NCBI GenBank assembly: GCA_965219345.1
Contig: OZ244732.1
Coordinates: 384,001-448,000 of the forward strand
Origin: Nitrosopumilus sp.
Lineage (GTDB): Archaea > Thermoproteota > Nitrososphaeria > Nitrososphaerales > Nitrosopumilaceae
Length of the DNA: 64,000 nucleotides
Reading direction: 5' to 3'
Shown here: positions 41,728 to 51,853 of the stretch, in pieces
Layout of the letters: each line of letters opens with the position of its first letter
Position numbering within the stretch: position 1 is the first letter of the stretch
Notes under the pieces: generated by a model
Told to the model about the DNA's origin: nothing
Database searches by the model: none
What the model saw: only the letters and a program-made list of their open reading frames with translations
Translations under genes and position numbers: made by a program

Positions 41728-43029
41728 TCAACTACCAAGGCCTACAGCCCTAAAGTTCATCTCTCGAAACTCTTTTGCGTCCAGGACCCTTCTGGCATCT
41801 ATGATGTTGCCAGATTTCATACGTCTTAGGAAATCCTGCGGCCTTATCCTTATACACATCCCAATCCGTCAAGATTATGCAACAGTCAGAACCCTCAAGG
41901 CATTCTACAGCGGACACAGAGTATGAGATTTTTGTGCCAAATACTCGTTTAAAATTCTTCAGTGCCATTGGGTCATGAACCCTGATTCTTAGTCCATGCT
42001 CCAACAGCTTCCCTACCACTCTCACCGACACAGCCTCTCTTATGTCGTCAGTGTCCTTCTTGAATGCTAGACCTAGAACCGCAACAGTATTGCCTTCTGC
42101 TAGAGTGCCCTGTTCCTTCACCATCCTATTATATTCATGAATTGCTTGTCATTTACATCCTTTACCGCCTGGAAGAGTTCTGGCATTTTTCCGATCTCCT
42201 GCGAGATGGTGATCATGCCAGTCAGATCCTTTGGCAGGCAGCTACCTCCAAATCCCGGTCCGGCCTGCAAGAACAGCGGGCCTATGCGCGGATCCTTTCC
42301 AATTGCATGCGCTATGGTGTTTACGTCGGAGCCTCGAATGCCCTGGCAGAGGCTGTCTATGGAATTGATGAAGCTGATCTTTGTCGCGAGAAATGCATTT
42401 AACATCGATGGGACGGCATATGAACGCGGCGTAAAAAGTTGATGAAGCTGATCTTTGTCGCGAGAAATGCATTGTTTGCATACTTTATCAGCTCCGCAGT
42501 GGGAATGCTGGTGTGCATGATTTCTGGGAGCGTCTCATGAAACTTCCTATAGTACCTCTCTAAGATCAGCGAACTCTGTCTCCTGTTGGAGCCTATCACG
42601 ATCAAATGCGGTTTTAGAAGGTCGGCTATGGCAAATCCCTCCCTCAGGAATTCGGGGTTTACAACCACGTCCATTCTTCCGTCCCCAATCATGTCTTTGA
42701 AGACTGGCAGGATGAGATTTTCCGTAGTCATCGGTGGAACAGTGCTCTTTACTACCAGCAAATGGGGCGTCTTCCTGTACTTCAAGGACATGGCAATCCG
42801 CTCGACGGCATTTTTGACATGTGACAGGTCAACCTCGTTGCTGTTGCTCTTTAGCGGTGTCCCGACGGTAAGAAACGTGATCTCGGAATTCTGCAAAGCG
42901 TAGTCAAAATCGGTCGTAAAATGGATCTTTTTTCTTTTCATCGAATCCTTCAACATCGCCACGGCCGGCCCCGGCAACTAGGTCGGTGGATTTTATATCC
43001 AAAAGGATAGTTACAATTCTACCTCTCAT
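41728..43029 (-). pseudogene. UDP-glucose 6-dehydrogenase family pseudogene
   Basis: VGTP, KSTVPP, NPEFLREG, ELIKYANNAFLATKISFIN, GPGFGGSCLPKD, LGLAFKKDTDDIRE spread over several frames; N-terminal deletion and a 74-bp duplication-plus-insert. Confidence 0.9.
42365..42473. repeat. 35-bp direct repeat around a 39-bp unique insert
   Basis: TTGATGAAGCTGATCTTTGTCGCGAGAAATGCATT at 42365..42399 and 42439..42473. Confidence 0.92.
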
Positions 43030-43954
43030 GCGTATCCATCCCGTCCGAATTGGTCCCTAACCCGTCAAGCGAGTCTCTGATGCACTCCACGTAGCTCTCA
43101 GGAGTTCCTACGTCTATCCTCCTCTCTCCCGTTTCCAACTCCACTGCAACACACTTGCCGTTTGCAACTAGTGACTTTATTGCATCAGTAAGCTGGATCT
43201 CCTCATTCCTGTCGGGTTTGGTTCTTTTCAACTCGTCAAATATCGAAGGTTTGAAGATGTATGTGGCAATGACTGCCAAGTTAGTCTTGGGCCGCCTTGG
43301 TTTCTCCTCCAAGTGCTCCACCCTGAAAAGCCCATCTCCGATACTCTTTCCCTCGATGACTCCATATCGTTCTGGTTTCTCTACCCTGTCTACGAGAAGT
43401 ACAAGATCTGCTCCGTTTGAGAAGAACGCATCTTCCAGCCTCCGCATGTGGCTGTTCCCGGGTGACAGGATTACATCGTCTCCTGCCTGAAGCAAAAAGT
43501 TGTCCTTTTCTGCAAAGATCTTCGCCTTCAGAACCGCATCACCAAATCCACGTGGCTATGACTGTTGCACGTACATGATATGACTGGAGCGTATCTTTTT
43601 GTAAAAGTCTTGCAAGTCGATATTTGTCGAGTACTTGACAGAGTTGTCTATCAGAAAATAATCCTCAATGGATCTCTTGCCACGGCCGACGACGAAACAG
43701 AACTTGCGGCAGCCGTGGTCGTACAAGGACTCGTACACTACCTCAAGAATCGGTTTGAGGATGAGACGGCCATCCTTCGTTTTTGCGCAATATGGCAGCA
43801 GCATCTCTTTTGGAGTTTCCTTACTAAATGGCAAGAGTCTGCTCCCACTTCCTGCCGCGGTAATTACCGCCTTTCCTATCTTTCCCACTATTCTTGGTTT
43901 ATTGTCCCCTTTAACATATTTTGTCTTTATGCTGTGGGTTGTTATTTTGTACAA
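43019..43954 (-). pseudogene. GalU-like sugar-1-phosphate nucleotidyltransferase with in-frame TAG
   Basis: KAVITAAGSGSRLLPFSKETPKEML…QQS*PRGFGDAV…GDD…EEKP…EIQLTDAI; both halves are in the same frame. Confidence 0.85.
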
Positions 43955-44077
43955 AAAGTAATTTACTACGTACCCACGGAGACAAAACGACTGAGAAATG
44001 GCACCAATCTCTGAACTTGTGTTTGGCTCGCGTCAAATTGACAGAACTTGTCAAACAAATGCATTATATAAAAGACA

Positions 44078-44980
44078 ATGAGATTCCGCATTACGGGTAT
44101 GCATCCAAACATGATTAAATGGAGTGCCTTTATGATGGCACGCAATGAAGAGGGAATGGTAACGGATGCCGTCTCCTGTCTACGAAACCAAACAGTACCC
44201 CCGACTCGCATCCATGTACTCAATGACGGTTCTACTGATTCCACTGGTCGGATATTGGAGAATATGAATGACGTGACAGTCACGTGTGCTCCGCCGCATC
44301 CACCTCAACATTCAGATCTTCTCTACATATTACGTAGACATAAACTCATGCGTGAAGCTGCCAAAGGCATGGATTACGTGCTGTGCATGGATGCCGATAC
44401 AGAAATTCCGTCTGATTACGTGGAACGGATCATAGAGAGAATGAGACTGGATAATGTCGTCGTAGCATGTGGCATGGATGCTGCAGCACCCAAAACTTCC
44501 CCAATTGAGCCAGGAATGGTAATTGACGTAAAATGGCTCAACACCCATCCCAAGTTACCTCCATACGCACTGTCGTTTCTTACAGCTGAATCGGTAATAG
44601 ACGGACATCCGTCCATAGTATACACTACTACGCCACTACGATACAAAAGAAAGTTTGGAGTCAATTACAAGCCAAACGTATGGAGGCTTCGAGGCGTACA
44701 AATCAGTATGCACGGGTTGGCATTTTGGTGGGTGGTATTGTTTACTTTATATCGTTGGAGATGGTCCAATTTTTGGGGGTATGTTTTGTACAAGGGCGAC
44801 AAGCTGTCAAAACAACATAGTCAATATACAAATAGGATTTTTATGGCCCGTGCCAAGAGAAAAATTGGGTTAAGTCAACAAGCACTATTGACAACGGAAG
44901 TTGGACTGTTCATACTCCCTAAAGACTACGCCAAAAACCATTCACTTCCTCCTATAGCGACATGCAAAAGCTCGCGTTAG
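44078..44980 (+). CDS. Glycosyltransferase family 2
   Basis: ARNEE…NDGSTDST…MDADT. Confidence 0.85.
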   Translation: MRFRITGMHPNMIKWSAFMMARNEEGMVTDAVSCLRNQTVPPTRIHVLNDGSTDSTGRILENMNDVTVTCAPPHPPQHSDLLYILRRHKLMREAAKGMDYVLCMDADTEIPSDYVERIIERMRLDNVVVACGMDAAAPKTSPIEPGMVIDVKWLNTHPKLPPYALSFLTAESVIDGHPSIVYTTTPLRYKRKFGVNYKPNVWRLRGVQISMHGLAFWWVVLFTLYRWRWSNFWGYVLYKGDKLSKQHSQYTNRIFMARAKRKIGLSQQALLTTEVGLFILPKDYAKNHSLPPIATCKSSR

Positions 44981-45015
44981 GTTAATCGAAAAATTTGTAG
45001 ATTAGATCCCAACTC

Positions 45016-45200
45016 ATGGCTGCATGGACGCCATAAAGTGGGAAGAACTTGAAAAGACGTGCAAAAAGATTCACAGGATCGGGCTATAATGGTTGCCGTC
45101 CGCATGGTACGCGTGCTTCATGTCAGTAGATGCGACTGCAAGCCTTCAGGTACGCTGTCCCACGTGAGTCCGTGATTGGCTGTGCCATTAGAACTCATGC
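45016..45200 (+). mobile_element. IS630-like transposase N-terminal (HTH) remnant
   Basis: Broken frames reading AIMVAVRMVRVL…QVRCPT*VRDWL; family assignment is from memory of such HTH regions. Confidence 0.4.
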
Positions 45201-45361
45201 GTATTCCCCCAATATCTGCCGGAGCCGGCCGCTGCGGCAATAAGATTTTGCAGGCTTGAAGAAAAAATCAATTTCAGTGAAATGGATCTGAAGCATGCTG
45301 CGGTATTTTTTGCACCGATGGAGCGAGTGCGTGCGCAGCACTGCAGCGCGGCTGTGCGCCC

Positions 45362-45467
45362 CGAACAATGCCTATTTTACGGTAGCCATTGAGCTGGGTC
45401 GGGTTTTGGTTTTGTTAACATCCACGACATCAAACGAACAATGCCTATTTTACGGTAGCCATTGAGC
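45362..45467. repeat. 33-bp direct repeat around a 40-bp unique insert
   Basis: CGAACAATGCCTATTTTACGGTAGCCATTGAGC at 45362..45394 and 45435..45467. Confidence 0.92.
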
Positions 45468-46694
45468 GGGCCCGTTCCCAGTCGACTGACGTCTTCCACT
45501 CTCCCGGAGGGAGGGCCTCCTTGCGCACGTGGTCCCACAGCAGGTGCAGGTTTACAAGCCCAGTTATCACGTTAAACTACCTGTTGAACCGGGCCGCCGT
45601 CCCGTCGTAGGAGTCTGCGATGCGGTCGTAGCGCTTGAGCCTTCCTATGGAATGCTCTACCAGCACCCGCTCCGAGTTGATCCTGCTGTTGTGCTCCCTC
45701 TGCTCCCGCGTCAGGGGGGATTTTTTCGTCCTCTTGTACGGGATCATCGGGGCGGTGCCCAGAAGGTGGTCCGTGATTCCTTGGAGGCCGCGGTCGCAGA
45801 AGATGCGGTTTCGTTTCCCCTCCGGCCTGTCGGCGTCATGCATCGCCTCCTCCCACTTTCCAAACGGCATGGGGCACTCCTTGAGCAGCGTGATGTCGCC
45901 GACAGACCCCACCGTGCTCTCAGATATCCCGATTATCACCCCGTCCCTGTTGGTGTACACGTTGATGTTATTGGTAAACCTCTTCTTCTTGCCTGAATAC
46001 TTTATGCGCCTGAGCGTCTTCTCGGAGGGGCGCTACACGGGACAGTGCGTGCCGTCAAGGAAGATGTCTCCCCCGCCCTGCCCGGGGACTCCTCTTGAAC
46101 TCTTCCTGGGTCGCGGCGCCGGCTATCTCCTCGGATATCTTGGCGGCCGTCGGGAGCGTCTCTGCCAGCATCCTGTCCATCACCCGCAGGTACCGGGACA
46201 CGATGGTTTGGTCTATCCCGAAGAACGCGGCGAGCACCCCCTGCGGGGTTGTCCTTCTTGTGGACGAGCGCCATGAGCAGCGCGTGCCTCAGGTACAGCT
46301 TGCATCTGTTGTCCGGGTCTGAGGCCCTGCACTCGTCGTCGCGGAACAGCGGCATCTGGCCGGAATCCCTCAGGAACCTTTCTGCTCGCTCCAGCATGTA
46401 CCGGAACTTGGGGCCGTCTGCCAGCGTGGCCTGGCGGAGCTTGTCCCCGCCGCGGATTATGTCGTCAAGGATCTCCAGCCGGTGTAGCGCGGACCACTTG
46501 CCGGCTTCCCAGCTGCCGTCCCTGCTCTTCCACAGACTGCGCTCAAGATCCAGTTCCCTATCCTTCTGCTCCAGCGCTCTGCCTTTCTGCTGCAGCTTTT
46601 TCTCTTTCTCCTTCAGAATCTTTTTCAGATTCTTGTTTTCTTGCTGCAGCGTGTAAATCATCTGATCAGGCGAGTCAGGCATTTGATGTAGCAC
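45440..46694 (-). mobile_element. Frameshifted IS5-like (DDE_Tnp_4 type) transposase
   Basis: LAAFFGIDQTIVSRY (HTH), DGT, FCDRGLQG, PYKR…LTREQREHN…SERVLVEHSIGRLK; high GC. Confidence 0.8.
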
Positions 46695-46744
46695 GCGATC
46701 GTGTCCGATCTAAATCTATCGATCAGATAGGCGAATTACGCATA

Positions 46745-46920
46745 TCTTCTATTACCCTCCTTGCGCTTGCAGTAGGAGACCAGGATGTCTCTGGCCTTGC
46801 CGGGGGAAGATCTTTTGATCATGCGGCAAAGAGCCCTCCTGCTCGTGCCGGGAAGAAACCTACCTCCCTTTGGAAGCCCTGCTTCATTGCGAACCGGCGC
46901 GCGTGAAGGTGTCATGCGGA
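46745..46920 (-). mobile_element. Probable transposase N-terminal remnant
   Basis: GRFLPGTSRRALCRMIKRSSPGKARDILVSYCKRKEG, GC-rich, cut by the neighbouring IS. Confidence 0.35.
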
Positions 46921-47077
46921 CGCGGGAGGTGTGCTCGGATCAAAACCTTTCGGCTAATGGACACGGGCATCTAAAAATTCAGATGGTAAATTAGCGAAAC
47001 ATTTTGGCCTCTACTACGCATAATCTCTTTTGACTATCGTCTTCTGAACGCTTTGATCGGAGCAGATAAGATTACAA

Positions 47078-47937
47078 TTACTGTGGAGGATGGTATATTC
47101 GGTTCTTGCCGTGCTCATCAAACATTCTATGTCGCTTCTGACGCTTGAATCGGCGACTGCATAAGTACGTTTCCTTCATCATCGTCCAGTACATCCGTCC
47201 CATGTCTTCTGGAACTTCTCTTCTTGCTTGAAATACTCCCTTGCAGTAATTGTATCCGTACCTAAACCCACATTTTCTTGCCACACTCACTGACTGATAA
47301 GCCGCAAAATGCAACGGCATACCCATCAGTCTGCACAATCTTCCCTGCTGATAGGCTCGGTTAATAGTACGGTTAGCTCCAAATGGTCGTGTAACTGTCA
47401 CGACACAATCATCGTCAAGGCACACAAGAATGTTCTTGCCTGTAGTTAGCGCTTTGATAGAAAGGTAAATACTCTCCCATTTTGTCTCCATGCCGTTGCT
47501 CTTGAGCCAATCATGCTTGATCATCCTAAAACCATCCCAGGGTGTGCGAACAAAATGACCGTTTACGGTTCCGCTTCCAATACTTGCGTTGTTCTCTTCT
47601 GAACGCCTCATTACTATTTCACAGTATCTTGGCGGTATCACAGTATCGGCATCGCCCATGTATATCCAGTCAACTGGATCGTAGCGGATATACGCAAGAC
47701 CCACATTTCTTACTTGACCTAGTGTATTTGAGAAAACCTCCCTTCCTTGTTATGATGCGGAATGCGCTTAACAAAAACTGGCATTTTATCTAATATTTCA
47801 GGTGTTGAATCGGTTGAGCCATCATCAACCACCACTATTCTGTATGGCCTTATGGACTGGTTCAGGATTGATTCTATCGTCTTTCTGATGTGCTTCTCTT
47901 CGTTTCTGGCTATTATGACCGCACTATATTTTGGCAT
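47078..47937 (-). pseudogene. Glycosyltransferase family 2, frameshifted near 47725
   Basis: MPKYSAVIIARNEE…DDGSTDST / …YMGDADT. Confidence 0.8.
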
Positions 47938-47952
47938 TCTCCCCCCCCCCAC

Positions 47953-48045
47953 AAACCTTTCTCATGATGTGGATAACCCGGGATTTGCAACTTTGCAAGA
48001 TTTGAAGCAGTTCTACCAAAACCTTTCTCATGATGTGGATAACCC
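47953..48045. repeat. 27-28-bp direct repeat around a 38-39-bp unique insert; second copy hit by the MITE
   Basis: AAACCTTTCTCATGATGTGGATAACCC at 47953..47979 and 48019..48045. Confidence 0.9.
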
Positions 48046-48125
48046 TAGTTTGTTGCATAACTTGGATTCTAGGCACGAAATTTATCCAACTTTTGACTGG
48101 ATTAGGCGTGTTATGCAACAAACTA
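48046..48125. mobile_element. 80-bp MITE, copy 2, with 8-bp TSD
   Basis: Same 16-bp TIRs as 16063..16142; GATAACCC on both sides (48038..48045 and 48126..48133). Confidence 0.9.
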
Positions 48126-48170
48126 GATAACCCGCAAAGTTGTTAATATATCCTATCACAAGTGTAGTAG

Positions 48171-48524
48171 ATGGAACAGTTGCTCCAAGATCTGGATTTT
48201 ATCCCCACCCACTTTAGGAACAATTCATATCTTGCTAGAGGCGTTTATGCTGATCAGGTGGAACGCTGGCTTAGATACTATGACAGGGATCAATTTCTGT
48301 TTTTGACCTCTGAAGATTTTGCTAAAAACCCACAGCAAACTCTGAATCGATTTTTTGATTTTGTGGGTGCTCGCCCATTCCAGGTAAAAAATCTAACGAA
48401 TCGCAACATTGGAACTTACGAAAAGATGAATAAGGATACGCGTCAATTCCTTGTCGATTATTTTAAACCACATAACAGGAGATTGCGTAAGCTGATCCAG
48501 TGTGATTTTAATTGGGATGTATGA
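48171..48524 (+). pseudogene. Sulfotransferase C-terminal fragment
   Basis: YLARGVYADQVERW…FKPHNRRL…FNWD parallels the C terminus of 50922..51818; lacks the PAPS-binding N terminus. Confidence 0.75.
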
Positions 48525-49417
48525 TGTCTGACAATTCCTACACATCCTCACACAGCTCCGCACAATCCTCAAGGATTGTGAACTGGAACGCTTTCTTGAT
48601 GGCCCACAACGAAGAGCGTTACATATCTGCTACCGTTCAGTCCCTTTTATCGCAGTCTATCCCGCCAAAAAAAATATTCATAGTTGATGACGGATCAACA
48701 GATAACACATCAGAGATACTTGATTCCATGATGATGCAAGATGCAACAATCCAAACAGACACATTACCAGCCCATAAATCTGATCTGTCATCTCTGGATT
48801 TTTGGGCAAAACGCACTCACCTTATGATGGACGCATCACAGCAAGAAGCTCCTGATTATGTCATATCTCTTGATGCTGATACAGTCTTGTCTCCCAAATA
48901 CGCAGAATCGATAACTGCCCGTATGCGTCAAGATGATGTGATGGTGGCAGCCGGGGACGATCCTGCAGAACCCCGTTTCTTACCCGGAGAATCTGGACTG
49001 GTGATTAATTGTGCATGGCTTCGTTCTGTACCTGCAATATCACTCCCAGCTAAAATCATAGTTGCATACTCGGTACTGGATGGTCACCGTTCAATAGTGT
49101 ATCGTACAACTGAACAGGCACAGCGCCAAAGACCGACAGGGTTTATCTACAACCCTGCCTCTTATTACAACAGAGGAATGATACTAAAATGGCAGGGATA
49201 CCCTTGGTATTTTGCATTGTACAAGACGCTCCGAATCAAGCAGATGTCACTATTTCAAGGCTATCTGTCATACAAAAAAGAACAGTTACCATATCGCATC
49301 CAACAATGGTTTTGGAAGCTCCAGCAGGAGAGCTTTAAACAACTATTACACATAAAACCAAATATGTTCCAACCAACTAACATTGGAACATACATACTGC
49401 CAGACAGACGGTTTTAA
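48512..49417 (+). CDS. Glycosyltransferase family 2
   Basis: AHNEE…DDGSTDNT…LDADT; similar layout to 44078..44980. Confidence 0.85.
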   Translation: MGCMMSDNSYTSSHSSAQSSRIVNWNAFLMAHNEERYISATVQSLLSQSIPPKKIFIVDDGSTDNTSEILDSMMMQDATIQTDTLPAHKSDLSSLDFWAKRTHLMMDASQQEAPDYVISLDADTVLSPKYAESITARMRQDDVMVAAGDDPAEPRFLPGESGLVINCAWLRSVPAISLPAKIIVAYSVLDGHRSIVYRTTEQAQRQRPTGFIYNPASYYNRGMILKWQGYPWYFALYKTLRIKQMSLFQGYLSYKKEQLPYRIQQWFWKLQQESFKQLLHIKPNMFQPTNIGTYILPDRRF

Positions 49418-49607
49418 ACCATCAGTTCAGACATTAGAGCATATGCACAATCCCACATAATTTTTAATTTGGGCAGAACACCTGAATTAAGTCCTAATTC
49501 ATACCTGATATAATGATAGCAATTTTCAAATTTTTACAATGAAATCAAAAGAAGATGTAATTTTTGATAGTAATAGAAAATAGATTATTTAACTACCACT
49601 TCAACTA

Positions 49608-50857
49608 ATGCATATGATCTCAGAAATTTTTTTACATGTTGGGCTCCATAAAACTGCAACTTCAAGCATCCAAGATACATTATTTTTAAGAAAAAATTCA
49701 GAGTTTTTAGAAGACAATGACTATCTTTATCCAAAATATTTGTCTGCAGATCACTCCTTACTCTACAGCAATTTTTGTGACCATCCAGAAAAATGGCGTA
49801 CGAATATAATACGTGGGTATGATAATGAGGAAGTTAAAAAATAAATGAACAATATTTGCACAATATTGAAAAAGACATTAAAGAAACCATACGATCTAAA
49901 CTAATTATTTCTGCCGAAAATATTTCATTTTTGACAGTGGATAATTTATTAAATTTACGAAATTATTTTTTATCAATATGTGGCAAACAAGTTAAATTTA
50001 ATATTATAATATTTGTTAGAAATCCAATTTCATTAGTAACAAGTAATATTCAACAAAAGGTCAAAAGTATCTACACTGAACAAGTAGCATTAAAAATTAT
50101 GATGAAAAAAAGTCTCAGTTTGTTTCAGGTAAAAATCCAAAAGTTTACCAAAGTATTTGGAAGCCAATATGTAAAAGTCTACAGTTTTGAAGAAGCAATT
50201 AAACATGAATTTGGCCCTGTTGGTTATTTCTTAGCTTTACTAAATATAGATAATAATGAAATTAGTAGATTTCACTATAAAAGATCTAATGAAGGATTAT
50301 CAATGTTTTCAGTAAAATTTCTGTCATACGTAAATATGAAAATGCCTCGAATAATAGATGGAAAACTACAGAAAAATAGAGCTCATGGTGATATTGGACA
50401 ATTTATTGATTATATGGGAGGGGGTCATAAATATGACATTTCTTATACTGATAAGATGACAATAATTGAAAATAGTCGTCATGATGTTGACTGGCTAAGA
50501 AAAAATTATGGAATAGACTATTCATCTCCAAGCTTTAGCAAAAATCAAAATAACATTGAGATTACAGAAAAAACTATTCATGATTTAAAAAATACATTTC
50601 AAAATATGTCACGTCCTTTCAGACTTTTATTGATAGAATTTTTACAACTATATGCGGATTCTGTAGATGATGAAAAAAACAAAATATCTATTTTGAATCT
50701 AATTCATGATCTGAAAAAATATAGAATTAACTGGAAAATAATTCATAAAACAGATTTTGAAAAAACAGGTTTAAAAATAATATCAAAAATTCTACCAAGA
50801 TCTACAACAAATAAAATAGTTGCTTTTTATGTGAATAAGATTAGTGGAGCCAGATAA
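49608..50857 (+). pseudogene. Sulfotransferase-like P-loop protein, frameshifted in an A run near 49840
   Basis: FLHVGLHKTATSSIQ / IISAENIS…FVRNP…SNEGLS. Confidence 0.7.
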
Positions 50858-50921
50858 TCAAGGAAGCAAGGGCAAAAAATGCCTTGATTAGGATTTAATT
50901 TATTTTGATTATAGATTATAT

Positions 50922-51818
50922 TTAATCCCAATTAAAATCACGGTTGAGGAATTTTGAAAGCTGTTTGTTATAGGGCTTAAAAAATTCAGTTAATTCATTT
51001 CGAGTATTTTCTTTCATAGGTTCATAATAACCTACATTTTTTCGTGATTTTGGATTATTTATGTAATCAATGATTTCTTGATTAGGTTTTGAAATTCCAA
51101 GAAAATTACACACTTTTTCATATTCGGAAACAGGGTTTTTAGAGAAATCACCACTATTAATAATTAACAAATTTTCATTTGGAAATATTTCATACCATCT
51201 ATTAACATCTTCAATATATTTTCCAAATCGAATATAAGGATAATAAAAAGCATGATAAAGTGAAGATTCTCTCAAAGACAGTTGTTGTTTAAATTGTTCA
51301 ATTCTTTTTGATTCTTCTTTAATGGCTTCTTCAAATGTAAGATTTTCTTGTTTTTTTCTTACTCTCATTTGATAATGAGAATATGCTCTATCAACAGGAT
51401 TACGTAGAATGATAATGATTTTGATATTAGGTAAAAGATGATGTATTGTTTGAGCACACCTAGGTACAGAAAAATATGTTGGGGAATTATCAAAAGTTTT
51501 GAATTGTTTATCCTTCCCCCCCCCCCATTTCCAATTACCCATATGACCCTTATACCAAAATTTAGAATGAAATGGTTGAAAATCAAAATATTTTACTTCT
51601 TTTAGTTTAGGAGGATTAATTTCAGGATGCATTTTAAGATAATGAAATAATGTTGAAGTACCACATTTCATTTGTCCAACAACCATAAAATCAGGGAATT
51701 TTTTTAGCAACCCTGGAATTGCGCGGTAAAAAGATTTGTATTCAAATGGATTAAGTTTTGGATGAGACAAGAGAAAATGTCTTATTTGAGTTCGAGTCTT
51801 ACTTCTTTCCTTGAACAT
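50922..51818 (-). CDS. PAPS-dependent sulfotransferase
   Basis: PDFMVVGQMKCGTSTL (5'-PSB) and LRNPVDRAYSHY (3'-PB). Confidence 0.9.
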   Translation of the reverse strand: MFKERSKTRTQIRHFLLSHPKLNPFEYKSFYRAIPGLLKKFPDFMVVGQMKCGTSTLFHYLKMHPEINPPKLKEVKYFDFQPFHSKFWYKGHMGNWKWGGGKDKQFKTFDNSPTYFSVPRCAQTIHHLLPNIKIIIILRNPVDRAYSHYQMRVRKKQENLTFEEAIKEESKRIEQFKQQLSLRESSLYHAFYYPYIRFGKYIEDVNRWYEIFPNENLLIINSGDFSKNPVSEYEKVCNFLGISKPNQEIIDYINNPKSRKNVGYYEPMKENTRNELTEFFKPYNKQLSKFLNRDFNWD

Positions 51819-51853
51819 TTTCCAACATCCAATTATATTTAGTATTATAATAA

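Noticed and set aside
43556-43558. In-frame TAG in the galU-like gene as pyrrolysine or recoding
   Set aside because: Other genes here end in TAG normally and the neighbouring genes are decayed; a nonsense mutation is simpler.
20166-48045. Calling the four repeat-insert-repeat units canonical CRISPR arrays
   Set aside because: Each has only two repeats, the repeats differ between loci and mostly derive from coding sequence, and no leader or cas genes are present; reported as insertion scars instead.
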